IMG/VR virus record: IMGVR_UViG_3300011242_000002
Location: 192,001-256,000 of that record
Strand: one strand, 5' to 3'
DNA: 64,000 nt
Source: a virus
Taxonomy: Duplodnaviria; Caudoviricetes
The first letter of the stretch is position 1, and the number at the start of each line of letters is the position of its first letter. A program made the translations under genes and the position numbers. Below are positions 1 to 9,210 of this stretch, piece after piece. Below the pieces are notes generated by a model. That model did not search any database and had not been told where the DNA came from. It saw only the letters and a list, made by a program, of their open reading frames with translations.

Positions 1-2
1 AC

Positions 3-1760
3 TTCAAGATCGCGACCGATGCGATGGAAGAGTTCGCCAAGGGCTACGAAGATAAAGGCTACAAGAAGACCTGGTACATCCTGCCGCTGCAGGACACCAA
101 CCTGCACTGCGGTTCCCTGATCTATGCGCTGATCATCAGCAACACCACGGTAGCCACCTACACCTACCTGCTGGAAAACACCGGTTCTCAGCTGAAACCA
201 ATGACCGGCAACGATCCGCAGACCAACGAACGTTACGAGCTGCCGCGCATGACCGGTTCTCAGTACGATGACATCTACTGGGCCGCTGTACAGTCCACCG
301 TGCGTCGTGCGCTGCGTCTTAGCGACAGCGTGAACATCCTGGAAGCCGGTGCGGGTGTTATCCATTCCGAAATGGATTGGAAAGACACTACTGCTATTGG
401 CCGCCACCTCAACAACGCCGAAAACGCCGCGATGGCGTATGCTAACCGCCTGTCTGGCTACCAGATTGAACCACCACTGAACCTGGTGACTGAAATCAAC
501 CCGCTGGTCGACCGTCTGTCCGCCGGCTTCAACTTCAACCCACTGCCGCTGTACACCGCGGATGGTCAGCCACAGCGTAACGACGTAGAAATCAAACTCA
601 CCGTAAGCTCTGACGGCGACGTGCAGGTTCAGAACTCCGAACCTTTCACCACCGTTAACGCCTACGTGGAACTGGTTTCTGCCGGTAACCAACCGCAGTA
701 CATCCCAGGTCCGTACGGCCAGATGGTGCAGGCGACCCAGCGCTACTACCCGCAGCTGGCAATCACCAACATCAGCCAGGGGATCTTCGATGCCGAAGGC
801 GCTGAGTTCCAGCTCCTGGGTCTCTACACTGCTACCCTGCTGATGGAGAACAACAACTGGCAGAACGCCTTTGCTCCGCGCATGGTTAACGGTGTCGACA
901 TCAACGACATCGGTGCCCTGAACTACGAGCTGGGCCTGGGTCGTGATCCAGCTGACCCGAACGCACGTCCGAAGAAGATCGACACCAAGTCCCATGACTT
1001 CAACATGCATGCCCTGTCGCAGCTGCTGAACACCGCCTGCTTCCCAAGCATGTCGATGGTACTTGACATCGAAGAAACCGGACACCGTAACTGGGTGAAC
1101 TCGATGTTCCTGCAAGCCGGTGGCCTGCCGAACACCAACTACACCCTGCTGTCGGACGACGGTAAGCTGGCGCACGATGCCATCATCGCCGCCGCCAACA
1201 ACCTGACCAACGGGAACTTCTCCAAGTTCTTCACGGATCCTACGCAGCTGATCACGATCCGTGACGGTTCGCGTATTCAGGGTGGCTACTACGTGAGCGA
1301 AGACGGTAAACGTCTGGATATTCGTAACGTCGATCTGCTGGCGGTACTGAACTTCCTCGGCGAATCCGATCCACGTCGCGTAGACGAGTGGAAGATGATC
1401 TGTTCTTCTACTTCCGGCCTGTCCGGTCCAAAACGCATTGCGCTGCGTCAGCAGTTCCTGCAGACCATCCTGGGTGCCTCTTACCAGCAGAAGTGCTACT
1501 TCGAGCGAGTAATGGTCAACCACGTGTTCCTGGAAGCACTGCGTCAGGCCCTGGCCGCCGGTGGCGTGCAGGTTCGTCCGGAAAACATGTCCAGCCAGTA
1601 CAACTCCATGTCCTACGGCACGCCGCTGGCACAGATGTACGGCTTCAACACCAACGTCGGTTCTTCCCTGGTTCAGGGTGGTTTCACGCAGGTGGACAAC
1701 ATGGGCCGTGCGATCAACTTTGGTAACTACCGTACCCCGTTCGGTCACTACCATAACTAA
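3..1760 (+). CDS. chmA: Chimallin (phage nuclear shell protein, ChmA/PhuN), 5'-truncated
   Basis: The frame is open from the window start, with >578 aa and strongly biased codons. It lies immediately upstream of the nvRNAP beta' N-part, as phiKZ gp54 does to gp55, and has a G/N/F-rich C-terminal tail and a strong downstream terminator. Based on synteny plus recalled similarity. Confidence 0.8.
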   Translation, partial: FKIATDAMEEFAKGYEDKGYKKTWYILPLQDTNLHCGSLIYALIISNTTVATYTYLLENTGSQLKPMTGNDPQTNERYELPRMTGSQYDDIYWAAVQSTVRRALRLSDSVNILEAGAGVIHSEMDWKDTTAIGRHLNNAENAAMAYANRLSGYQIEPPLNLVTEINPLVDRLSAGFNFNPLPLYTADGQPQRNDVEIKLTVSSDGDVQVQNSEPFTTVNAYVELVSAGNQPQYIPGPYGQMVQATQRYYPQLAITNISQGIFDAEGAEFQLLGLYTATLLMENNNWQNAFAPRMVNGVDINDIGALNYELGLGRDPADPNARPKKIDTKSHDFNMHALSQLLNTACFPSMSMVLDIEETGHRNWVNSMFLQAGGLPNTNYTLLSDDGKLAHDAIIAAANNLTNGNFSKFFTDPTQLITIRDGSRIQGGYYVSEDGKRLDIRNVDLLAVLNFLGESDPRRVDEWKMICSSTSGLSGPKRIALRQQFLQTILGASYQQKCYFERVMVNHVFLEALRQALAAGGVQVRPENMSSQYNSMSYGTPLAQMYGFNTNVGSSLVQGGFTQVDNMGRAINFGNYRTPFGHYHN

Positions 1761-1770
1761 GATGATGGTT

Positions 1771-1816
1771 GCATAAGTAACGGAAGAGGAGGGTTCACGC
1801 CCTCCTCTTTTTATGC
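1771..1816 (+). terminator. Intrinsic terminator with GCATAA...TTATGC outer clamp
   Basis: AAGAGGAGGG-TTCACG-CCCTCCTCTT followed by TTTATGC. Confidence 0.85.
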
Positions 1817-1859
1817 CCTACCATTATTTTTTTAACCCGTCGGAAAAAAGGAAAAGGTC

Positions 1860-3332
1860 ATGCAACCCATTGCCAATGGCGGCGTCTGCGCCACCGTCGC
1901 TGACCACGACAAAGCGTTCCTCCAGCTCGAATACTCGCCGGTCATGATCAACGATTTTGACCTCAGTATTGAAGCCGAGCGTGCCAAGCTGAATGCGCAA
2001 ATGCGCGTTAGCTACGACACCGACATGTTCAGCGTCAAGCCGCGCTGCTTCTGTGGGAAACTGGAGGGCGGTGAAAAGGTTGGTCGCGTCTGCGGCGTCT
2101 GTAACCATCCGGTCACGGTGGTCACCGAAGAGGCGATCGAATCTCAGCTGTGGTTCCAAACCCCCTTAGGGGTAGCCGGCTACATCAACCCGCAGATGTG
2201 GACGCTGTTGTTTGAACCCTTCGTGGTCAAGGGCTTCAATCCCCTCGAGTATTTTGCTGACCGTCAGTATACTCCCGCCAAAGCCAGCGGGGATTACAAG
2301 AACAAAGAGATCTACCTGCTCTGTAAGTCGCTCAATATCCCGCGCGGTTTAAACAGCCTGGTGGAAAACTTTGATAAGATCATGGACACGCTGCTCAATT
2401 CCCCGGTGGTGCGCAGCAGTAACATCTCAGCCGAAGCTCTGCGTAACTACAGTGCGCTGTATCAACGTTACCGCTCGGTGATGTTTTGCACCTACCTGCA
2501 GCTACCCTCAAAGTTAGTATTCATCGTGGAATCTAATGCGACGGGGCGTTATGCAGAACCCGGTATGAAACTGGCTCAGGATGCTGCGTTGACCGTCTGC
2601 GATGCCCGCAAGGAGATCCTCGACAACCACGACCTGAAGTTCAACGAGAACATCGCCATCAAGGTGGTGCGTCAGCTGGCGGACTTCTACAAGTCGCACG
2701 ACAAGGATATCTTTGCCGGCAAACCCGGGCTGTTGCGTAAGAACATCGGTGGTTCCCGCATGCCGTTTACCGCCCGTTGTGTAATCACTTCAAAGACCGG
2801 CCATCACGACATGGACGAGGTGGACATCCCGCGCTGTATTGCGATTCCGCTGCTGCGTTTTCACATTGCCAACAAGCTTAAGCGTCGCGGCTTTCGCCCG
2901 GTAGAGATCCTCTCGCGCATCAACGCCTCGATCAAACGCCCGGACCCGGTGATTGAATCGGTGCTGGACGAGCTGGAGCTGGATCAAAAGATCAAAGGCT
3001 CAGTGGTGCGTTTGCTGAAGATCTTCCTGCTGCGTAACCCAACCTTACGCTGGTTGTCCAACCGTCGTTTTTATGCCCGCATCAACCGTAACCCGGAAGA
3101 GATCACCATCAAGATCTCCACGCTCTCCATTATCTCGTCGAACGCCGACTTTGATGGTGATGAGCTGAACCTGCTGATGGTCACCGATCAGATCATGTCA
3201 ACGTATGCCGAAGCCTTTGGTTCGCATAACTGCGTGCTGGACATGAACAACCCGTTGACCGTATCGGGTGACATTGCGCTGCCGGCTACGCTGATCTCCA
3301 CGATCAACCGTTGGGCCTATAGCCACGACTAA
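1860..3332 (+). CDS. Non-virion RNA polymerase beta' subunit, N-terminal part (phiKZ gp55/56.1-like)
   Basis: Zn finger CFCG...CGVC; GKPGLLRKNIGGSR..ARCVIT; LLRNPTL; catalytic NADFDGDE. Confidence 0.93.
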   Translation: MQPIANGGVCATVADHDKAFLQLEYSPVMINDFDLSIEAERAKLNAQMRVSYDTDMFSVKPRCFCGKLEGGEKVGRVCGVCNHPVTVVTEEAIESQLWFQTPLGVAGYINPQMWTLLFEPFVVKGFNPLEYFADRQYTPAKASGDYKNKEIYLLCKSLNIPRGLNSLVENFDKIMDTLLNSPVVRSSNISAEALRNYSALYQRYRSVMFCTYLQLPSKLVFIVESNATGRYAEPGMKLAQDAALTVCDARKEILDNHDLKFNENIAIKVVRQLADFYKSHDKDIFAGKPGLLRKNIGGSRMPFTARCVITSKTGHHDMDEVDIPRCIAIPLLRFHIANKLKRRGFRPVEILSRINASIKRPDPVIESVLDELELDQKIKGSVVRLLKIFLLRNPTLRWLSNRRFYARINRNPEEITIKISTLSIISSNADFDGDELNLLMVTDQIMSTYAEAFGSHNCVLDMNNPLTVSGDIALPATLISTINRWAYSHD

Positions 3333-3338
3333 CCACAC

Positions 3339-3364
3339 AGGCGGGGTAACCCCGCCTTTTATGC
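3339..3364 (+). terminator. Intrinsic terminator
   Basis: AGGCGGGG-TAA-CCCCGCCT-TTTATGC. Confidence 0.85.
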
Positions 3365-3374
3365 GGAGGTAAAC

Positions 3375-4049
3375 ATGACACCGTATGAAGAATTGGGTAA
3401 AACACAGGCTGAGCTACTGGCCCACGGCGAGGCTATTGTTAACTCGCTGTTCTTTAGAAACGAGCCGTACAACCATTACGTGTTCATTGTGGGGGATGAG
3501 CTGGAGTTTGCCGCAATTGCCGAATACGTTAACGCACACCTCAACGGAAAGGACATCATCCGTCATTACCATCGCTATCGTAATAGCGCCGGCTTTACGG
3601 TCAATTGGAAAAGCATGAATAACGTGTACAGCATCGTAGGGATGCACTGCCGCAGTATTCATTATTACCACCAGTCATCGCTGATGGAGTTTATCAGCAC
3701 CACCATTCACGAGCAGCAGCACATGCTCACCCGTATTGAGCGCGATACCGGGGCCGATCACCGTTTTGAAGACGAACCCCGTACCTACAGCACCGCCTGG
3801 AGCTTTGATAAGATCATGGAAATCCTGCGTCGTAACTGGGGGGTTCACCTGGTGTCGATGCCGGCATGGATGATTCCCCGCGCTCGGACGTTGGATGAGG
3901 TCTGCAACCTGATGAACGCCAAGATACCTAATCGTGATATCTACAGCGGGGTGATGCAGCAGTACATGGCGTCACACACGGGTGTGGTGCAGCACGACAA
4001 GGAAGGCTGGCGAGCCGTCACCTATGTTTCCGGAGGTCAAGATGTCTGA
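3375..4049 (+). CDS. Hypothetical protein, likely distant paralogue of the next ORF
   Basis: GGAGG RBS; 224 aa; segments resemble 4042..4656. Confidence 0.7.
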   Translation: MTPYEELGKTQAELLAHGEAIVNSLFFRNEPYNHYVFIVGDELEFAAIAEYVNAHLNGKDIIRHYHRYRNSAGFTVNWKSMNNVYSIVGMHCRSIHYYHQSSLMEFISTTIHEQQHMLTRIERDTGADHRFEDEPRTYSTAWSFDKIMEILRRNWGVHLVSMPAWMIPRARTLDEVCNLMNAKIPNRDIYSGVMQQYMASHTGVVQHDKEGWRAVTYVSGGQDV

Positions 4050-4656
4050 ACCTGCTTTTCTGCGCACCCAGTCTTTTCGCACTGAACCTTTTAAGGACAA
4101 GGTGATAGTGCTCTTTAACCAAGACGAGTTGAAGCAGTTCACGACGTACCTGACTCATATCAAACATCACCAGCATGGTCAGGAAGGGTTGGCGAAGCTT
4201 GATGACAATTACGGTCTGGTTAAGCTGCACAGTCCGGGCACCGCCAATGACCAGGTGCTGTACCTGCCGGTCATTGAGCGCCAACGCATGGGTATGTCAT
4301 GGATGTACATGCAGAGTGTGATTGCCCGTCTTAGCACGCAGATCGCGCTCAGTGCCGTCACGGTGGCGGGCTACAAACCGCTTACCGAATCGGTAATGTT
4401 TATCCATCTCCACGCCCGCATTATGGAACGGATTATGCAAATCGTGGAGGCGAAGTTCGGCGGCAAGCTTTCGATTGTCCCGCAACCGGCAATGGATTTG
4501 AGTGTGGACCTTAACGCACAGCAGTGGCGAACCATTGACCAGTTTACACCACGCACCATCGCTGACCTGGCTCGTGATCATCTCATGCTGGTTGATAACC
4601 ACGTTGTCGAACTCGATGACCACGGTCTGTGGTCTTCTACAAGCTACTTCTATTAA
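4042..4656 (+). CDS. Hypothetical protein
   Basis: ATG 4042 follows GGAGG; overlaps the previous stop. Confidence 0.7.
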   Translation: MSEPAFLRTQSFRTEPFKDKVIVLFNQDELKQFTTYLTHIKHHQHGQEGLAKLDDNYGLVKLHSPGTANDQVLYLPVIERQRMGMSWMYMQSVIARLSTQIALSAVTVAGYKPLTESVMFIHLHARIMERIMQIVEAKFGGKLSIVPQPAMDLSVDLNAQQWRTIDQFTPRTIADLARDHLMLVDNHVVELDDHGLWSSTSYFY

Positions 4657-4662
4657 TCCCAT

Positions 4663-4687
4663 GCCTGGATTCGTCCAGGCTTTTATG
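4663..4687 (+). terminator. Intrinsic terminator
   Basis: GCCTGGA-TTCG-TCCAGGC-TTTTATG. Confidence 0.85.
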
Positions 4688-4719
4688 TCGTTTACTTAAC
4701 CCGTAAGAAGGAAATTATC

Positions 4720-5418
4720 ATGTCAAACTATGCTGCGATTAACCTGCGCTTTAAACTGCGTAACGATGCTCCGGAATTTGTCAAGGAGTTCCTCACCACC
4801 TGGTTCTTCTTAACCGACGCGGAACAGGCGGTAGCTGACCTGGAGCAGGTGGATCAGGTGACGGGTCTGAACGTCCTGAAGTATTATCCGGGAGGGATCG
4901 ATAACCTGACCAGCATGATTGCCCAGTGTTCGGTTTATCATAAAACCTGGTGCTGGCGCGTGGCGGAAGACAAGGGGGATTACACCTTATACGAGTCCAA
5001 GGCCAGCTGCACCCACCGCTCCACCGATGAAGACCTGCTGGTATTGGTGATGACCGGACTGCACCCGTTCCTGGTTATTGAAGACGGTGACATTCTCGCC
5101 CGCATCATCTACGAAGACGCCAGTCGTGAACGTGTGGTGGTGTTTGATAAGGCGCAGGGCGGGTGTGCAATGGCCGATGGGTACCTGCATAAATGGGGCA
5201 ACAATAACGATGGAGACGGTTCACACCCGCGTGAGCAGTCTAAGTACTATACTCAGGTACTAAGTGACAAAGAAGGATCTGATCGTTTCTCTCGTCCGAT
5301 TCCCGAAGACGATGAGTTCTATCCGCCGTGGAACATCACGGACGTGCTGGTGCGTAACACCGCTAACGACGGTAAGTGGGCAGTTGAGCGCAGCGAAAGG
5401 CTCGGGTTAGGCTGGTAA
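4720..5418 (+). CDS. Hypothetical protein
   Basis: AAGGA RBS; 232 aa. Confidence 0.75.
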   Translation: MSNYAAINLRFKLRNDAPEFVKEFLTTWFFLTDAEQAVADLEQVDQVTGLNVLKYYPGGIDNLTSMIAQCSVYHKTWCWRVAEDKGDYTLYESKASCTHRSTDEDLLVLVMTGLHPFLVIEDGDILARIIYEDASRERVVVFDKAQGGCAMADGYLHKWGNNNDGDGSHPREQSKYYTQVLSDKEGSDRFSRPIPEDDEFYPPWNITDVLVRNTANDGKWAVERSERLGLGW

Positions 5419-5436
5419 GCTGTAGATCCGCTCATG

Positions 5437-5456
5437 CCTACATTACCCAGGTGTGA
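5437..5456 (+). promoter_or_regulatory. Putative early (virion RNAP) promoter
   Basis: CCTACATTACCCAGGTGTGA; one of 7 intergenic copies; resembles the phiKZ early TATATTAC consensus. Confidence 0.7.
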
Positions 5457-5526
5457 CCTAGTAAATCCGTACAAAGTCATGTCATGGTATACAGCGTGAT
5501 GACCCACTTCAATTGGAGGTATTTGA

Positions 5527-6156
5527 ATGTTCATACCAGGCGGTTACGACTCCCTCGGTGCTATTATGGGTAACGGCCGACCCCAGGAGAGTACGCTGGC
5601 CTATTTTGATAATCAGTATCAGAACATGCTGGCCGCAGCCCAATCGGTAGGCAACACTGCGCTGCAGCAAATCTACCAGATTGCCAACCAAACCTACACC
5701 CATGTAATGAACACCCGACCGTGGGAAATGGCGGAAGCGCTGATGCGCCAAACCACCCATCTGTTTGACCCGAACGCGATTCGTCAACTGTCTACGCTGG
5801 CCGAGCTGCAAACGGCCAAGCCGGTGATGCAGCGCTGGATCATGGCGATGCCAGAGATCCGCGAAATGTATCACAACAACCAGATTGACGGCTACTCGGC
5901 AACCTATGAAGATGCACAGCCAAGCAAGGTGGGGATCAACCACTACGACTGGCGTCGTGCGATGAACGGGATGCTGGTCCAGGATGAAGAAGCCGAAAGC
6001 TGGTCCGCTACCACCTTCACCGAAGAGCTGGTCGAGAACGATCGCGAACTGGCCCACTACGAGAAGGTCGATATTCTGGTGACCTGGTCGCAGGTGCAGC
6101 ATCAGCTGCAGACCCAGCAGTACGACCCAACGTCGGTGTGGAACAACAAACTGTAA
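5527..6156 (+). CDS. Probable Chimalliviridae core protein (possibly phiKZ gp59-like)
   Basis: GGAGG RBS, core-like codon bias, position between beta'N and the SbcD block; orthology from synteny only. Confidence 0.5.
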   Translation: MFIPGGYDSLGAIMGNGRPQESTLAYFDNQYQNMLAAAQSVGNTALQQIYQIANQTYTHVMNTRPWEMAEALMRQTTHLFDPNAIRQLSTLAELQTAKPVMQRWIMAMPEIREMYHNNQIDGYSATYEDAQPSKVGINHYDWRRAMNGMLVQDEEAESWSATTFTEELVENDRELAHYEKVDILVTWSQVQHQLQTQQYDPTSVWNNKL

Positions 6157-6163
6157 CAAACCG

Positions 6164-6187
6164 GTCTGGGGGCAACCCCAGACTTTT
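6164..6187 (+). terminator. Intrinsic terminator
   Basis: GTCTGGGG-GCAA-CCCCAGAC-TTTT. Confidence 0.85.
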
Positions 6188-6209
6188 ATATCGTTTAGAG
6201 GTAATTGAC

Positions 6210-6404
6210 ATGTTTCCTGGATTCGAACACTTCGACCAGATCTTTGCAGACAAGCAAAAACAAGCAGAGCAGCCGACTCCGCAATATTCACCGGAAAACC
6301 CTTTATACACCTACGGTTCGGGTACCACCGTGGTGAATGGCCAACAGCTGTATACTGCTGGTACCGCCTCTAGCGAAAAACAATACAACCTTTACTCCTA
6401 TTAA
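6210..6404 (+). CDS. Small hypothetical protein (64 aa)
   Basis: GAGGT RBS before ATG 6210. Confidence 0.6.
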   Translation: MFPGFEHFDQIFADKQKQAEQPTPQYSPENPLYTYGSGTTVVNGQQLYTAGTASSEKQYNLYSY

Positions 6405-6415
6405 GGATAACCCGT

Positions 6416-6949
6416 ATGACCTCTAAAAAGCGTAGTGAATTAATTGCTGATGTTGACCTCAGTCCCGTTCCTGTCACCGGCCACCCACGTTTAGCAATGA
6501 TGCCCGGTAAGGACTTTGTGAGTGAATCATTCCATCCGGCTCCTGGCAATCAACCCAAAGTCTTTGAAGAGAGCGAAGCACCTGAAATAAAGGGTGTCGT
6601 GCTTAAAGGTGCGAAGGGCGTGGTAAATGAAATCATCCCTAGTAAACATATCCCAATTGACGCAGAAGGTAACAAGGCTGAACTGTTAATGCATGCTGAA
6701 GAAGCTGATGATGAAACTTACGCACTACCGTATTTGGGTGCTGATTATGAAGGCAACGTGGCCTTTACGCGCCCGCGTCAGCTGAAGCGCAGCAAGAACC
6801 ATCAGCGTCACGGTTACAGCAAGCGTAAAGCCAAACGTCACGCCAGCTGGAACTGCGTGTACAAAGCCAGATTCAAAGAACGAGCTACCCGTCTTATGGG
6901 TTGGATGGAATCCTGCAGCGAGCTTAAGTTTGATAAAAAGGGTGCGTAA
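6416..6949 (+). CDS. Accessory protein with RNAP beta/beta' active-site-like fragments and a basic tail
   Basis: AAGGA RBS; GAKGVV..IIP....PIDAEGNKAELLM and GADYEGN; K/R-rich C-terminal third. Confidence 0.7.
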   Translation: MTSKKRSELIADVDLSPVPVTGHPRLAMMPGKDFVSESFHPAPGNQPKVFEESEAPEIKGVVLKGAKGVVNEIIPSKHIPIDAEGNKAELLMHAEEADDETYALPYLGADYEGNVAFTRPRQLKRSKNHQRHGYSKRKAKRHASWNCVYKARFKERATRLMGWMESCSELKFDKKGA

Positions 6950-7431
6950 TGGGGCTTAACAAGAAAGCACTGAAACACGCGGCGTATAAACGTTGTGGTC
7001 TTGGCGTAAAGCATTTGTTTAAATCAATTACTTCTTTGACCCGCACACCGCAACGTACTACCGAAGACGCCTTTCTGTACGTTAAGGCCGACCTGATCCC
7101 CTTGGTCAAAACCCAGTGGAAATACGGTAAGTTTCCGCAGAGACCTTCTGTGTATCGCTACGAGGTTAGTGAGGCGAGTCTACTCACTAACATGATGCCG
7201 GTGTCTGTCAATCCCGATGTCAAGGAAGTGGATGCAAACACCAACGAGCTGACCATTGAGTTCACTGCTATCAAGTCTGGTTATGACCCAATTAATCAAG
7301 CGCTTGTGGGTGGATTACACCCGGGTAGTTTCACCACTGTTTCACCACAGCGTTCTGCGCTGCACGAAACTCACCTGAGACTCATAGCGGCTCAGATGGA
7401 AAAGGCAGCCCAGAAAGACAATAATAATTAA
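6949..7431 (+). CDS. Accessory protein with basic N-terminus and a DnaB/RecA-fold pre-Walker A-like fragment
   Basis: Coupled to the previous ORF; IKSGYDPINQALVGGLHPGSFTTVS with no following GKT. Confidence 0.65.
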   Translation: MGLNKKALKHAAYKRCGLGVKHLFKSITSLTRTPQRTTEDAFLYVKADLIPLVKTQWKYGKFPQRPSVYRYEVSEASLLTNMMPVSVNPDVKEVDANTNELTIEFTAIKSGYDPINQALVGGLHPGSFTTVSPQRSALHETHLRLIAAQMEKAAQKDNNN

Positions 7432-7441
7432 GGAGATAAGG

Positions 7442-7771
7442 ATGTCGGTTCCATTTAATGCAGAACATTTAAAACGCAAAGGTCGTCTCCGTAATGACCC
7501 GCTGTATCACGGTGATGAGTGTGAATTACTGTACCATCAGATTGCCGCACTGAAGATCCAGTGCAAGCTGTACGCTGATTTGCTGAAAGATGACAAGTCC
7601 AAAGGCAATCGTGATATGTTCAACTGGCTGGTTGACCAGGTCCGCCGTTTCAAACTTCGCTATCAATACGCGTACCTGTTATCAGCACCATCGGACAAGC
7701 GCGGTAACGAGAAGTCTTACAACTGGTATCTTAACCGCCTGGCTAAACAGCTGGGTATTCAGCCGACATAA
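7442..7771 (+). CDS. Hypothetical basic protein
   Basis: AAGGAG RBS; 109 aa. Confidence 0.7.
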   Translation: MSVPFNAEHLKRKGRLRNDPLYHGDECELLYHQIAALKIQCKLYADLLKDDKSKGNRDMFNWLVDQVRRFKLRYQYAYLLSAPSDKRGNEKSYNWYLNRLAKQLGIQPT

Positions 7772-7804
7772 AACAGGTAGGGGGAAACCCCTACCTTTTA
7801 TGCC
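7765..7804 (+). terminator. Intrinsic terminator with CATAAAA...TTTTATG clamp
   Basis: AGGTAGGGG-GAAA-CCCCTACCT-TTTATGCC. Confidence 0.85.
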
Positions 7805-7852
7805 GACCAGCGCTTTTATTTTTGTTTCTTTTGAGTTCCAGATTTTTTCACA

Positions 7853-7870
7853 CCTATATAACCCAGGTGA
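7853..7870 (+). promoter_or_regulatory. Putative early promoter
   Basis: CCTATATAACCCAGGTGA after a T-rich tract. Confidence 0.65.
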
Positions 7871-7921
7871 ATAAGAGCAATAAACATTGTTCACCTAACC
7901 CTTAACCTGTGAGGATTTACC

Positions 7922-8140
7922 ATGTCTGCTATCAGAACTATCGCTCTCGTCGTTTCTACTGGTATGGTTATTGTAGGCGGTGGATTGATTCTCGTTGAAA
8001 AACGCCGCATAAAGAAAAAGATCGAACGGATGAAAACCAGAAGCATCGTCGCACTCCAATCCATCAAGACTGAGTTTCCAGAAAACGAAGACGTTCAAAT
8101 CGCCTGCATTAACGCGATTAAGAAAATCAACGCAGCTTAA
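7922..8140 (+). CDS. Small single-pass membrane protein (72 aa)
   Basis: N-terminal hydrophobic helix followed by KRRIKKK; GAGGA RBS. Confidence 0.75.
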   Translation: MSAIRTIALVVSTGMVIVGGGLILVEKRRIKKKIERMKTRSIVALQSIKTEFPENEDVQIACINAIKKINAA

Positions 8141-8195
8141 TGTTTTACCCTGAATCCCGTAAACGTACATCACCCTTAACCTGTGAGGACTTATC

Positions 8196-8360
8196 ATGTC
8201 TACTAAAACTATCGTTGTTGCCAGCATCACTGTTGCCATCTTAGGTACTCTGGCGTACAAAGTTAACAAGTTTAAAAACGATGTAGTTAAAGCTTTCAAC
8301 GAAATTGACGCTGCGTCTGAAAAGGCTGTTAAAGAAACCGCTGATACGCCTAACGCATAA
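8196..8360 (+). CDS. Small single-pass membrane protein (54 aa; not in the ORF track)
   Basis: MSTKTIVVASITVAILGTLAYKVNKFK...; same leader CCCTTAACCTGTGAGGA as the 7922 gene. Confidence 0.75.
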   Translation: MSTKTIVVASITVAILGTLAYKVNKFKNDVVKAFNEIDAASEKAVKETADTPNA

Positions 8361-8429
8361 TCAAACGCCATACCTTCGTTTCTTGTAATACCCAACTCTA
8401 AACTAAACTCTACCTGTAAGGAATATACC

Positions 8430-8663
8430 ATGACTACTACCACTACTACTGCTACCCAGACTGAAACCATCTCCGTATCTAACGCAATGGGTCGTATGAA
8501 GAAAACCGCCCTGATCGCCACCACCGTAGGCGGTCTGGCAGTCGCTGCCTTCTACGGTTACAAACTGTACAAGAAAGGCAAAGCCATCGTTGAAGTGGTT
8601 GCTGAGCCGGCTGCAGATGAAGCCGCTACCGAGACCACCGAAACCGTTGCTGACGCAGCCTAA
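8430..8663 (+). CDS. Small single-pass membrane protein (77 aa)
   Basis: ALIATTVGGLAVAAFYGY then KLYKKGK; acidic tail; AAGGA RBS. Confidence 0.75.
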   Translation: MTTTTTTATQTETISVSNAMGRMKKTALIATTVGGLAVAAFYGYKLYKKGKAIVEVVAEPAADEAATETTETVADAA

Positions 8664-8723
8664 CCTTTTCGACCTGGCCTCCACGGAGGCCTCTTTATTA
8701 CCTTGACCTGTGAGACGACCACC

Positions 8724-9182
8724 ATGACCACTTTCTTTGACGACTATTTCTGGGCCATCGCTACCACGCTGGTATTCGTGATGTTTGTAATTGGCTCTTT
8801 CTATTACAGCACCACGAACCACCATGCCCATCGCGCCGCTCTGGCGTGGATCGGCAAGGAGATTAATCTGGCGGAATACGATCACCAGGCGAACCTGCGC
8901 ATCATGATGCGTAACCTCGATCGTGAGCTGAACTTCAGCCGTCGTGAGCTGTACGCGCAAAACCTGCGCAACGACGTGAAGCTGGTGAACGACGCCCAAT
9001 CCGATCTGCTGACCAGCCGTCAGCAGCTGGTGTTGCTGGACTCCCTGCTCGCCATCAAAACCCGTTCGCACCATGCGCGCAAGATCACCCAAGTCCGCAC
9101 CGTAAAAGACATCGTTGAAATCGCCGCCAAGCACGTAGACGATAACAACGTCAGCATCGCACCCCGTGCGTTGTTTAGCTGA
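8724..9182 (+). CDS. Membrane-anchored hypothetical protein
   Basis: N-terminal TM segment FWAIATTLVFVMFVIGSFYY; start uncertain (8703 or 8724). Confidence 0.7.
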   Translation: MTTFFDDYFWAIATTLVFVMFVIGSFYYSTTNHHAHRAALAWIGKEINLAEYDHQANLRIMMRNLDRELNFSRRELYAQNLRNDVKLVNDAQSDLLTSRQQLVLLDSLLAIKTRSHHARKITQVRTVKDIVEIAAKHVDDNNVSIAPRALFS

Positions 9183-9210
9183 TCATTGCTTTTGCCTGCA
9201 TGATGCAGGC

